Positions 39,651 through 49,264 of a stretch of DNA of 64,000 nucleotides are shown in pieces (the stretch's first letter is position 1; each line of letters opens with the position of its first letter). The translations under genes were made by a program, and so were the position numbers. Location: contig CAKJZJ010000017.1 of the NCBI GenBank assembly GCA_918292005.1, forward strand, positions 5,051 through 69,050. The letters are read 5' to 3'. The notes beneath the pieces were generated by a model. That model searched no databases, had not been told where the DNA came from, and saw nothing but the letters and a program-made list of their open reading frames with translations. The DNA comes from Clostridiales bacterium. Its GTDB lineage: Bacteria > Bacillota > Clostridia > Christensenellales > UBA1242.

Positions 39651-40240
39651 TGGATATATCTATTCTAAATTGGATTAATAGTAATCTTCATGGTAGTGTG
39701 GTATTTAATTACCTATTTAAATATATTACATATACTGCCGAGTGGGGCGCAATATGGTTGCTCACGGCACTGGTTTTGCTATTCTTTAGACGAACTAGAC
39801 GTGGTGCAATTATTTTGTTTATTGCCTATGGTGGTGTGGCATGTGTAAATCTTGTGCTCAAACATTTTATAGATAGACCTAGACCATTTTTAGAGAATGC
39901 AGAATTTGTATCGTTTATCGAGTCTATCAATATGAAATTGCCCGATTCTTCTAGTTTCCCTAGTGGTCATACGGCTCTGTCATTTATGGCAGCGACTGTA
40001 CTTACTCTTACCTTTGGTAAATATGGCGCATGGTCATATATATGGGCTGTGCTTGTAGCATTCAGCAGGATATTCTTATGTGTGCATTATCCTACAGATG
40101 TGCTAGGTGGTGCAATGGTGGGGGTTATCGTTGCATTCGCCGTATTCTACATTTGCAAATGGATATTCCCTAAAATAGAAAAATGGTGGCAGGATAGACA
40201 TAAGGACAAGCCTAATGAAGACAAAAATAAAAGTGCATAA
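39650..40240 (+). CDS. PAP2 family phosphatase (undecaprenyl-PP phosphatase-like)
   Basis: K...RPRP, SFPSGH and SRIFLCVHYPTDV motifs. Confidence 0.88.
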   Translation: MDISILNWINSNLHGSVVFNYLFKYITYTAEWGAIWLLTALVLLFFRRTRRGAIILFIAYGGVACVNLVLKHFIDRPRPFLENAEFVSFIESINMKLPDSSSFPSGHTALSFMAATVLTLTFGKYGAWSYIWAVLVAFSRIFLCVHYPTDVLGGAMVGVIVAFAVFYICKWIFPKIEKWWQDRHKDKPNEDKNKSA

Positions 40241-40241
40241 G

Positions 40242-42339
40242 ATGGGCTATCAATTTTGAAACTTGCATAATATTGAAGGAATCTTATTCTAGAAGGTTCC
40301 TTTTTATAATTTTTTTAAAAAAATAACATTTTTATATTCGCTTATGTTATACTATTGTTGTAGTGTTATTGGAGTATAATTATGCCAAGTGGTAAAAAAA
40401 GAACAAATGAAGAGTTTTTGAATGAGTTTAATAGAAAAAATACAAATTCATCATCTATAAAAATATTAGGTCAATATTTGAATAATAACACAAATATTGC
40501 GTGTTTATGTTTGAAATGTGGAAACAAATGGAATCCCACTCCAAAAACATTATTAAGTAATCATGGTTGCCCTAAATGTGGGAATAATCAAAAATTTACA
40601 AAACTAGAATTTCTTAATCAATTTCATAAGAATAATTCGCATTCTGAAAATATAAATGTTATTGGTGAATATGGTGGTGTATCAAAAAAAATTAAATGTG
40701 AATGTAAAATATGTAAAAATATTTGGTATACTCGTGCTGGGGATTTGATTTATTCTAATTCAGGATGCCCAATTTGTTCTGGGAGTATTACACAAACACA
40801 TAATATTTTTTTAAAAAAAGTGGCATTTAAAAATATTCATTTTAATGATATCGAATTTAAAAGTCAATACACAGGTTCATTAAACAGAATAAAATGTCAA
40901 TGTAAAATTTGTGGACACGAATGGGAACCAATAGCAAGTAGTTTGTTGCAGGGTACAGGATGCCCTAAATGTGCACAAATCAAAACATCGCAAAAAGGAA
41001 AAGAAATTCTAAAAAAAGTCAGAGACAATAACCCGGCTGTAAAAAAAATGTCTCATAAAGATTTCATAGAGAAATTATATCTAAAAAATCCTTATGCCAA
41101 TAGTATAGAAATAATAAATGAATACAAAGGCGCAAATACTAGATTAAGATGTAAATGTAAGCGATGTAATAATATATGGGAGCCAATGGCTAGTGCATTA
41201 TTACAAGGACAATTTTGTCCTAGATGTCAACATTCATCAACGTCTTTTATGGAACAATTTATTGCACAAGGTTTAATTTATGTTTTAGGTAAAAAACATG
41301 TAATTCAAAGAGATAAAAAATTGATAAATAAAGAATTGGATATTTATATACCAAAATACCAATTAGCAATTGAACCCGGCTCATGGAAATGGCATAAAAA
41401 TATTCTACAAAAAGATATTGAAAAAATAAATTTATGCAAACAAAAAGGTGTTAAATTGATCATTCTCTATGATTCATGCCCTGAAGACAATATAAAAAAT
41501 GAAAACATTATATGTTTTAAAAATGATTTAGGTAGTGAAAAAAATCATAAGACATTAAAACAATTTTTAAAATCAATATTTACACAAAATAATATTATTG
41601 TTTCAGAGGATATGACTATGTGGAGTAATATTGAACAAAGAGCATATAAATTATCTCAAAGAATTACAAATCAAGAGTTTATTGAAAAATTTAAAATAAA
41701 TAATAATCACTATGCAAACATTATCATTAAATCTCAATATACTAGAGCAATAGATTCTATTGAATGTGAATGTAAAAATTGTGGAAATATTTGGAAAACA
41801 CCAGCATATGAGTTATTAAAAGGCAAGGGTTGTCCGAAATGTCAAATAAAACAGGTTGGATTAAAGAAGCAAAAAAGAAATATAATTAAGGAATGGCGAA
41901 GACAAAATCCTTATGGAAATAAATTACAATGTGAAAAAGAAACTGGAATAAGCAGAGTTACAATTTATAAATGGTGGAATGATTAAAAATAATTGGCATT
42001 TAAACGTGTGCTAGTCTTGATACAAGTCGTTGTCGCTTCGCTCCAACGAAGACAAGCACACAATAAATAAAATCGGTTAGAAGAAAGAGTGTGTGCTGGC
42101 GTTAGCATTAGCACAACACTCTTTCATTTTTCTCTTTGTTTTTTAGTGTAAACGAATATTCTTTGTTGTCAAGGTTAAAATGTATGTCTTGTAATTGTAA
42201 ATATTAAGATAACAACGACAACCTATGACAACGGCATAATATCCGTTTTGTTGGCTGGTTAAGAGAGAATAAAAAACACTCTAACTTTTTCAAGTTAAAG
42301 TGTTCATTATTTGGCTTGTTTCAAAAGTCAGTGACTATA
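40242..42339. mobile_element. Cassette B: same end family as cassette A, inserted in the PAP2-gene terminator loop
   Basis: Shared ends. Flanked by AAAAGTGCAT (40230-40239) and ATGCACTTTT (42339-42348). Boundaries are uncertain by about 3 bp. Confidence 0.75.
40382..41986 (+). CDS. Zinc-ribbon repeat protein with Vsr/DUF559-like nuclease and C-terminal HTH
   Basis: Five CxCxxC..W...GCPxC modules, central ELDIYIPKYQLAIEPGSWKWH, and C-terminal KETGISRVTIYKWW. Confidence 0.8.
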   Translation: MPSGKKRTNEEFLNEFNRKNTNSSSIKILGQYLNNNTNIACLCLKCGNKWNPTPKTLLSNHGCPKCGNNQKFTKLEFLNQFHKNNSHSENINVIGEYGGVSKKIKCECKICKNIWYTRAGDLIYSNSGCPICSGSITQTHNIFLKKVAFKNIHFNDIEFKSQYTGSLNRIKCQCKICGHEWEPIASSLLQGTGCPKCAQIKTSQKGKEILKKVRDNNPAVKKMSHKDFIEKLYLKNPYANSIEIINEYKGANTRLRCKCKRCNNIWEPMASALLQGQFCPRCQHSSTSFMEQFIAQGLIYVLGKKHVIQRDKKLINKELDIYIPKYQLAIEPGSWKWHKNILQKDIEKINLCKQKGVKLIILYDSCPEDNIKNENIICFKNDLGSEKNHKTLKQFLKSIFTQNNIIVSEDMTMWSNIEQRAYKLSQRITNQEFIEKFKINNNHYANIIIKSQYTRAIDSIECECKNCGNIWKTPAYELLKGKGCPKCQIKQVGLKKQKRNIIKEWRRQNPYGNKLQCEKETGISRVTIYKWWND

Positions 42340-42410
42340 TGCACTTTTTATATTTGAAAAACAAAAAACACCTTTATATATTAGAAGGTGTTTTTATTCG
42401 GCTACCTTGA

Positions 42411-42623
42411 TTATGCCAAAACAGTAATGTCTTTGCTGATAATCATAGTTACAAGGTCAATGATCCAGAAAATTGGAGCTAAGAAAAAGTTAAGTATTGC
42501 GCCAATGATGTGACCTCTTTGTACTCTGGTAATAATTCCACATACAATGCTAGTAATAGGAATAATAGCCAAAATTAAGCATACAATCCAATCAAGACCG
42601 AAATATCTTTTTGAACTTGCCAT
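42411..42623 (-). CDS. Small membrane protein (70 aa)
   Basis: AGGAG RBS, two hydrophobic helices, promoter TTGACA 42714-42709/N17/TACAAT 42691-42686, and a terminator at about 42363-42396. Confidence 0.7.
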   Translation of the reverse strand: MASSKRYFGLDWIVCLILAIIPITSIVCGIITRVQRGHIIGAILNFFLAPIFWIIDLVTMIISKDITVLA

Positions 42624-43089
42624 ATTCGTACTCCTTCTAATAATTTGTAATAATTCGACCATACTTGTCGAATGATGACAAGAATATTGTATGATTTTTT
42701 TGTATATTTGTCAAGAGAATAATAGAATATTTATATGCATTGGTCGAAATTATTTGTACTATAAATTATATGAGAAATTTTGTCAGATTATTACCAAAAT
42801 TTATAAAGAGCAATAGGGATTTCCTATTGCTCAATTATGGTGTTATTTGTTGCATTTATGATTGTGCGATAGGGACAAAGTGGTATTATGATAAAAGGAT
42901 TGGCACAACCACATCTATTGCAATTATTATTGTAGTATCTATTGCAAAACATTGATGACTCCTAAATTGCAAGTGATAAGCACTTGCTAGTCTAGTATAT
43001 GTAAAGATTTGATTTTTTGTTTTCACGTAGTGTTTGCCTTGTCAAAATGGTAGATTTGTGCTAATATTATCTCATAATATAGGTGAAAT

Positions 43090-43734
43090 ATGGACATTAT
43101 AAAAATTATCAGTGAAAAGAATAAGGAAAAATTGTCCCAGAATAATTATCTGGTAGTCTCTGGCAAAGATGCTATTATGATAGATGCTAGTGCTAGTGTA
43201 AAGGCTACAAAGGAAAATCTGGCACTATATGGTGGTGTGAAATTGCATGCAATTTTTCTGACACATTGTCATTTTGACCATATAGCAGAATTAGACGATC
43301 TTATTGCACATTATAATTGTCCTGTATACATTCATAAAAATGGTAAACATAGTCTGTACAAAGTGGAAGAAAATTTATCTTTCCTAGACGAACCATTTAC
43401 GATTAAAAATAGAAAGAATATAAAGACATTTGTAGATGGTGATGAGATGGATTTCGGGGAAATCCACATTAAGTGTTATTTGACGGAAGGTCATAGTCAT
43501 GACAGCAGTTGTTTCATTGTAGGTGATAATATGTTTACCGGCGATACTGTATTTAAAGTCTGTGTGGGACGAACAGATATGTTCGGTGGTAATGAGTTTG
43601 TGCAGAAGATATCTCTAAAGAGAATACGAGATGATTTAAGTAATGGTGTAAATAATTACTATTCCGGACATGGTGCCAACTTTGATTATGAAGGAATGAA
43701 ATATATTATTGATAGCGTTGTGGGAGATAAATAA
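43090..43734 (+). CDS. MBL-fold metallo-hydrolase
   Basis: THCHFDH, GHS, FTGDT and SGHG motifs. Confidence 0.88.
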   Translation: MDIIKIISEKNKEKLSQNNYLVVSGKDAIMIDASASVKATKENLALYGGVKLHAIFLTHCHFDHIAELDDLIAHYNCPVYIHKNGKHSLYKVEENLSFLDEPFTIKNRKNIKTFVDGDEMDFGEIHIKCYLTEGHSHDSSCFIVGDNMFTGDTVFKVCVGRTDMFGGNEFVQKISLKRIRDDLSNGVNNYYSGHGANFDYEGMKYIIDSVVGDK

Positions 43735-45410
43735 TGGATTTGAAAAAATTGGTTTATGACCAAATAAAAGATGTGGAAATACTATCATGTGTAGACAATT
43801 TGTATCAATTATTGACGGTAACACAGGATAGTAAAAATGGCGATATCACATTGCCATGTTTTTCGCTAGCAAAAATATTACACAAAAGTCCAGTGGCTAT
43901 TGGTGATGAAGTGGTAGGTGCTATACATAGCGATATTTTCCAAAATATTGTCAATGTAAATGGCTATGTAAATTTCTTTTTTAAAAAAGACATGTTGTTT
44001 GGTAAAATAATAGAGAATTTCGGAAAATCAGACATATCAAAAACTGGTGCTGGCAAAACACTCTTTATAGACTTTAGTAGTCTAAATCTAGCCAAATATA
44101 TGCATATAGGGCATTTGTCTACTACGGTAATAGGTAGTGTGATCGCCAATACGTATGAGCATATAGGATATGATGTAAAAAGACTCAATTATGTGGGTGA
44201 TTATGGTACACCTTTTGGGAAAATGATTGCCGCTATTAAACATTGGGGTGATGAGTCCGAGATAGAGAAAAAAGGTGTGGATTATATCCAGGACCTATAT
44301 GTAAAATTTAATGTAGAAGCAGACAATCAGCCTAGCCTTATGGATGAAGCAAGGGATTGGTTTAAAAGGATAGAAGATGGTGAGCCTGAAGCCACTAGAA
44401 TTTACAATAAAATCATTACAGTGTCTATTGCCGAAGCAAAAAGACTGTGCGATATTTTAGGCATAAATTTCGATAGTTGGCGTGGAGAAGCATACTATAA
44501 TGATAAAATGGGACCTATCATTGACACACTCAATGAAAAGGGACTACTTGTGACTAGCGAAGGAGCAAAAATAGTAGACCTAGAGCCATATGGACTAGGT
44601 GCATGTATGATTCAGAAAAGTGATGGTGCCAGCCTATATGCTACTAGGGATTTGGCAACTGCTGTAGATAGATACAATACGTATCATTTTGACCTAGGAT
44701 TGTATGTGACTAGCGTACAACAAAATTTGCATTTCGCTAGATGGTTCAAAGTACTAGAACTCATGGGATATGACTATGCAAAAAATTTAAGACATATAGC
44801 CTATGGCACATATTCTCTACCTACGGGGAAAATTGGCTCTAGATTTGGTAAACAGGCATTGGTAAAAGATATGTTGGATTTATCTATAACAAAAGCCAAA
44901 GATGTCGTAATTAGTCGTGGCACAAAAGTAGATGATATAGATGCACTCGCTAGGTCTATAGGTATTGGTGCAGTAAAATTCGGAGTATTAAAAACAGAGA
45001 GAATCAAAGACTGTGTGTTTGACCTAGAGAGTAGTCTAAATTTTGATGGAGAAACTAGCCCATACATACAATACACATATGCTAGATGTAATAGCATTAT
45101 CAATAAATCTAATGGACTAGAAAAAGTAGGCGATATATCTGATGTAGATAATTTTGATACATTCGAATTGGTTAAATATGTTAATGATTTAGATAAAACT
45201 ATTTTAGACTCTGCCAATGACTTTGAGCCATGCTATATTAGTAGATTTTTATTAGGTCTATGTGGGCTTTTCAATAAATTCTACAATAATTACAGAATCA
45301 TTGATGGCGACAAAGTAAATAAGTATAGATTGCAATTAGTAGGTGCAGTAAAATTGGCATTAGCCACTGGTCTAAAATTGCTAGGTATAGATGCCACAGA
45401 GGTAATGTAA
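43734..45410 (+). CDS. argS: Arginine--tRNA ligase
   Basis: MHIGH (HIGH motif), NYVGDYG, LYATRD and DALR-type C-terminus (PYIQYTYAR). Confidence 0.95.
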   Translation: MDLKKLVYDQIKDVEILSCVDNLYQLLTVTQDSKNGDITLPCFSLAKILHKSPVAIGDEVVGAIHSDIFQNIVNVNGYVNFFFKKDMLFGKIIENFGKSDISKTGAGKTLFIDFSSLNLAKYMHIGHLSTTVIGSVIANTYEHIGYDVKRLNYVGDYGTPFGKMIAAIKHWGDESEIEKKGVDYIQDLYVKFNVEADNQPSLMDEARDWFKRIEDGEPEATRIYNKIITVSIAEAKRLCDILGINFDSWRGEAYYNDKMGPIIDTLNEKGLLVTSEGAKIVDLEPYGLGACMIQKSDGASLYATRDLATAVDRYNTYHFDLGLYVTSVQQNLHFARWFKVLELMGYDYAKNLRHIAYGTYSLPTGKIGSRFGKQALVKDMLDLSITKAKDVVISRGTKVDDIDALARSIGIGAVKFGVLKTERIKDCVFDLESSLNFDGETSPYIQYTYARCNSIINKSNGLEKVGDISDVDNFDTFELVKYVNDLDKTILDSANDFEPCYISRFLLGLCGLFNKFYNNYRIIDGDKVNKYRLQLVGAVKLALATGLKLLGIDATEVM

Positions 45411-45415
45411 AAGTA

Positions 45416-45444
45416 TTGACATTGTATGTCCTAAGTGATACAAT
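45416..45444 (+). promoter_or_regulatory. Sigma70/sigmaA promoter of the pheST leader
   Basis: TTGACA-N17-TACAAT. Confidence 0.8.
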
Positions 45445-45454
45445 TTACATTGTA

Positions 45455-45704
45455 ATTGAATAAAGACGTTTGAGGGTAATTTCAGTAGTCTATCACAGTT
45501 CTTGACAGAGAGTGCTGGTCGTGGGTTGAGAGCCGGTATGAAGATAAAAGTGTAGATGAATTTCGCTTATCCGAGTCGCTAGTGAAAACTATGCCGGTTA
45601 TATTTCCGTAATAAAAATAAATTGAGCAAATGTGCATACATTTGGAAATAGGGTGGTACCACGATAATAATCGTCCCTAAGGAGTTTTGCCTTAGGGATT
45701 TTTT
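45455..45704 (+). promoter_or_regulatory. T-box riboswitch leader (Phe)
   Basis: T-box AATAGGGTGGTACCACG at 45647-45663, terminator TCCCTAAGG/CCTTAGGGA-T6 at 45674-45704, an AGAGA/GCTG-like stem I motif and a candidate TTC specifier near 45561-45563. The 5' boundary is approximate. Confidence 0.88.
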
Positions 45705-45721
45705 ATGTAAAAGGAGACATT

Positions 45722-46747
45722 ATGAAAGAAATTGACGAAATACAAAAATTATTCAATACTGCACTAGACAAGGTCGACACCAATGATGATTTGAATGAAG
45801 TGAGAACGGCGTTTTTAGGTAAAACGGGACATCTTACCAATGCTATGAAACTTCTCAAAGATATGACTGCCGAGGCTAAAAAAGAATTCGGTGTAGGTAT
45901 CAATAATCTGAAGACCAAAATTTTAGATATGATTGAGAGTAAAAAGTCAGAATTGGAATTGGCAAAAATTAATAGAGAATTGAAAAATATGCCTAGAGTA
46001 GACTTGACTGTACCTTGTGATGAGTGTACGGGTAGTCTGCATCCAGTAACAATTATCCAAGATAGACTTATTCAGATATTTAGGTCAATGGGCTTTACTG
46101 TAGAAGATGGTTGTGAGATAGAGACAGAATATAATAATTTTGAGGCTGTGAATGTGCCTAAAAATCATCCTGCTAGAGATATGCAGGATACTTTCTATCT
46201 AGATAATGGCGAACTCCTAAAAACTCATACATCTGCCATTCAGAATAAGATTATGCGTAAGTATGGCGCACCATTAAAGGCTATATTCCCAGGAAGATGT
46301 TTTAGAAATGAGGAATTGGATGCCAGTCATGAAAATACTTTCTTTCAGATGGAAGGTATGATGATAGATAAAAATGTATCTATTAGTAATTTAATTTACT
46401 TTATGAAGACTATGCTTACTCAGGTTTTTGGCAAAGAAGTAGATGTTAGACTGCGTCCGGGATTTTTCCCATTTGTTGAACCTGGGTTTGAATTAGACTG
46501 CTCTTGCCCATATTGTGGTGGCAAAGGTTGTCGTGTGTGCAAAAATGGTGGCTGGATAGAATTGTGTCCATGCGGCATGATACATCCTAATGTACTCAGA
46601 ATGGGTGGTATTGATCCTGATGAATATCAGGGATTTGCCTTTGGATTGGGACTAAGTAGACTAGTCATGATGACGTATGGATTTAATGATATTAGATATT
46701 TGAATGGTAAAGACTTGAAAATACTCAGTCAGACCAGATTGAAGTAA
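45722..46747 (+). CDS. pheS: Phenylalanine--tRNA ligase alpha subunit
   Basis: HPARDMQDTFY, KTHTS, FFPFVEP and GFAFGLG motifs. Confidence 0.96.
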   Translation: MKEIDEIQKLFNTALDKVDTNDDLNEVRTAFLGKTGHLTNAMKLLKDMTAEAKKEFGVGINNLKTKILDMIESKKSELELAKINRELKNMPRVDLTVPCDECTGSLHPVTIIQDRLIQIFRSMGFTVEDGCEIETEYNNFEAVNVPKNHPARDMQDTFYLDNGELLKTHTSAIQNKIMRKYGAPLKAIFPGRCFRNEELDASHENTFFQMEGMMIDKNVSISNLIYFMKTMLTQVFGKEVDVRLRPGFFPFVEPGFELDCSCPYCGGKGCRVCKNGGWIELCPCGMIHPNVLRMGGIDPDEYQGFAFGLGLSRLVMMTYGFNDIRYLNGKDLKILSQTRLK

Positions 46748-46758
46748 GGGGTGCAATT

Positions 46759-49125
46759 ATGTATATTTCAACCAATTGGATAAAAGATTTCGTAGATATA
46801 GACGATTTAGATATAAAAGAAATTGCTAATAAATTTACTCTATCGTGTGCCGAAGTAGAGGGTGTTATTGAAAAGGGTAAAGACATCTCCGGTATTATTA
46901 CAGCGAAGATTGAGTCGGTAGCAGAACATCCCAATAGCAAAAAATTGCATATTTTGCAAGTAAATACAGGTAAAGAAACATTACAGGTGGTGTGTGGTGC
47001 ACCTAATGTAAGAGTGGGATTAATTACGGCTTTTGCTACTATTGGAGCAAAATTGGGAGACATTACTATAGCAAAGGCAGAACTAGCCGGATATGAGAGT
47101 TATGGTATGTGTTGTAGTGCCAAAGAGATAGGTATATCAGACGACCATAGTGGTATTATGGAATTTCCTGCTGATACCAAAGTGGGCGTGGATATAAAAA
47201 CAATACTACCTATAGAAGATACACTGATTGAAGTAGATAATAAATCACTAACTAATAGACCAGATATGTGGGGACACTATGGTATTGCTAGAGAGATAGC
47301 AGCCATTACTGGTAGGGCATTAAAGCCATATCCGGTAGACAATACCGACTACAGCAAAAATGCAGGTCTTGATGTAAAAGTTGAGAGTGAGAGTTGCTAT
47401 AGATATAGTGCAGTAAGAATTGAGAATGTGCATAAATCGATAAGTCCAATGGCTATGCAAATTAGACTATATTATACAGGCATGAGAGCAATATCCTTGC
47501 TTGCTGACCTGACTAATTATATTATGTTGGAATTAGGCCAACCAATGCATAGTTTCAATGGAAGCAAAGTGAAAAGTATATTAGTTAGAGATGTAGATAA
47601 TGATACACCATTCACAACATTGGATGGCACCGAGAGAGTATTGCCTGCTGGTACTATGGTTATTGACCTAAATTCTGAAATAGGTGCTGTGGCTGGTGTT
47701 ATGGGTGGATTGTCATCCGAGATAGAGAGTGATACAAATTCTACATTTATAGAGAGTGCCAATTTTGATGCTGCCAAAGTGAGAAGAACTGCGATAGCAT
47801 TAGGTCTCAGGACTGAGTCCAGTGCTAGATATGAGAAAAGCCTAGATCCAGAGATGACTATTACTGCAATCAAGAGATATTTGTATCTGCTCAAAAATAT
47901 TGATGGTGGTGTAAAGGTAACTAGCAATATTACTGATGTCTATAATTATCAGTATCCAAAGATAACTATTGACGTATCCAAAGAGTATATAGATAGATAT
48001 GCTGGCATTGATATCGGTGCTGAGAAAATGATGGCTATACTCAAATCTCTAGAATTCGATGTAAAGTATGCAGATGGCGTCTTTACAGTAGGTGTACCAT
48101 CATGGCGTGCAACAAAAGATATATCTAATAAAGCAGATATAGTAGAAGAGATTACCAGGGTGTATGGTTACGATAATATTACACCATTACCAATATTACA
48201 ACCAGTACGTGTTTCTGCACTTGATGTCGCAATTAAGAGAGATTATGACATAAAATATGCACTTGCTGACAAATATTCTATGCATGAGATACATAGTTAT
48301 ATTTGGGAAGATAGTGCTATTAATAATACGTATGGTATAAAAACTACATCGTATATTAGACTGGTTAATGCTTTGCAAAAGGGTAATGATGATATTAGGT
48401 CTACTATGAAACCTACTATTATTAGAGCATTGGCTATGAATAAAAATTATAGTGAAGATTTGGGAATATTCGAGATAGGGCATATCGTAACAGGTGTTGT
48501 AGATGGTCTCGCTGTAGAAGAAAAATCTTTAGGTATGGGATGGCTTTTCGAAAAGTCTCAATTATCTAAAAAACTAATTGATGTAAAAAATCTAATTGGG
48601 TATCTGTTTGGTTACATTCTCAGCATGCCTGTGAAACTAGTGGCATCTAATACCAATGAAGATTACCTGTGTGATGTCAATCATTACGATATTGTATGTG
48701 AGAATGATATTATAGGTAATATAGGTGTATTGCATCCGACTGTTGCCAATAAAATTGATGATGGCAAATATATGATACTGGCTGAATTGAATATAACCAA
48801 ACTAGGCAACCATTCATCATTCGAGAACAAATTTGAGCAGGTATCAAAATATCCTGTGACTACATTGGATTTCAATTTTGTATTACCAAAAGATGGTCTG
48901 TATTCAACTATTGAGAATATCGCTAGCATAGTGGATACCGAGTTGTCATACAAATGTGAGTTATTAGATATTTTCCATAATACTCATGATAATACAAAGA
49001 GTTATACTCTGAGATATTATGTAACTAGCATGGACCACACCTTGTCTAGTACCGAGATTGAGTCGTTCCATAAAAATGTTATAGATACATTCCGTGCAAA
49101 TGGTATTGCTCTAAAAACTGAATAA
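46759..49125 (+). CDS. pheT: Phenylalanine--tRNA ligase beta subunit
   Basis: VVCGAPNV, NRPDMWGHYGIARE, VPSWR...D and EEITRVYGY motifs. Confidence 0.95.
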   Translation: MYISTNWIKDFVDIDDLDIKEIANKFTLSCAEVEGVIEKGKDISGIITAKIESVAEHPNSKKLHILQVNTGKETLQVVCGAPNVRVGLITAFATIGAKLGDITIAKAELAGYESYGMCCSAKEIGISDDHSGIMEFPADTKVGVDIKTILPIEDTLIEVDNKSLTNRPDMWGHYGIAREIAAITGRALKPYPVDNTDYSKNAGLDVKVESESCYRYSAVRIENVHKSISPMAMQIRLYYTGMRAISLLADLTNYIMLELGQPMHSFNGSKVKSILVRDVDNDTPFTTLDGTERVLPAGTMVIDLNSEIGAVAGVMGGLSSEIESDTNSTFIESANFDAAKVRRTAIALGLRTESSARYEKSLDPEMTITAIKRYLYLLKNIDGGVKVTSNITDVYNYQYPKITIDVSKEYIDRYAGIDIGAEKMMAILKSLEFDVKYADGVFTVGVPSWRATKDISNKADIVEEITRVYGYDNITPLPILQPVRVSALDVAIKRDYDIKYALADKYSMHEIHSYIWEDSAINNTYGIKTTSYIRLVNALQKGNDDIRSTMKPTIIRALAMNKNYSEDLGIFEIGHIVTGVVDGLAVEEKSLGMGWLFEKSQLSKKLIDVKNLIGYLFGYILSMPVKLVASNTNEDYLCDVNHYDIVCENDIIGNIGVLHPTVANKIDDGKYMILAELNITKLGNHSSFENKFEQVSKYPVTTLDFNFVLPKDGLYSTIENIASIVDTELSYKCELLDIFHNTHDNTKSYTLRYYVTSMDHTLSSTEIESFHKNVIDTFRANGIALKTE

Positions 49126-49264
49126 AAAATAAACACCCTACCAATAGTGGATAGGGTGTTTATTTATTGTTATGTATTATTTTTTCTCGTCGATTACGTA
49201 AGTGGTTGGATTAGAGCCATGTTGCAAAAAAAACAAGACTTCGATTTGGAAGTCTTGAATATCA

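Noticed and set aside
42076-42126. 16-codon peptide MKECCANANASTHSFF on the minus strand in cassette B
   Set aside because: It coincides with a hairpin and has a weak RBS, so it cannot be distinguished from chance.
19379-42339. CRISPR array or integron cassette array from the repeated 27-bp and 83-bp sequences
   Set aside because: Only two copies of each, 21 kb apart, with no regular spacers and no cas or intI genes. The GTTAAG/CTAAC bits do not form a convincing attC site.
42740-42955. 71-aa ORF between divergent genes
   Set aside because: TTG start, no RBS and no recognisable motif. It lies in the promoter region.
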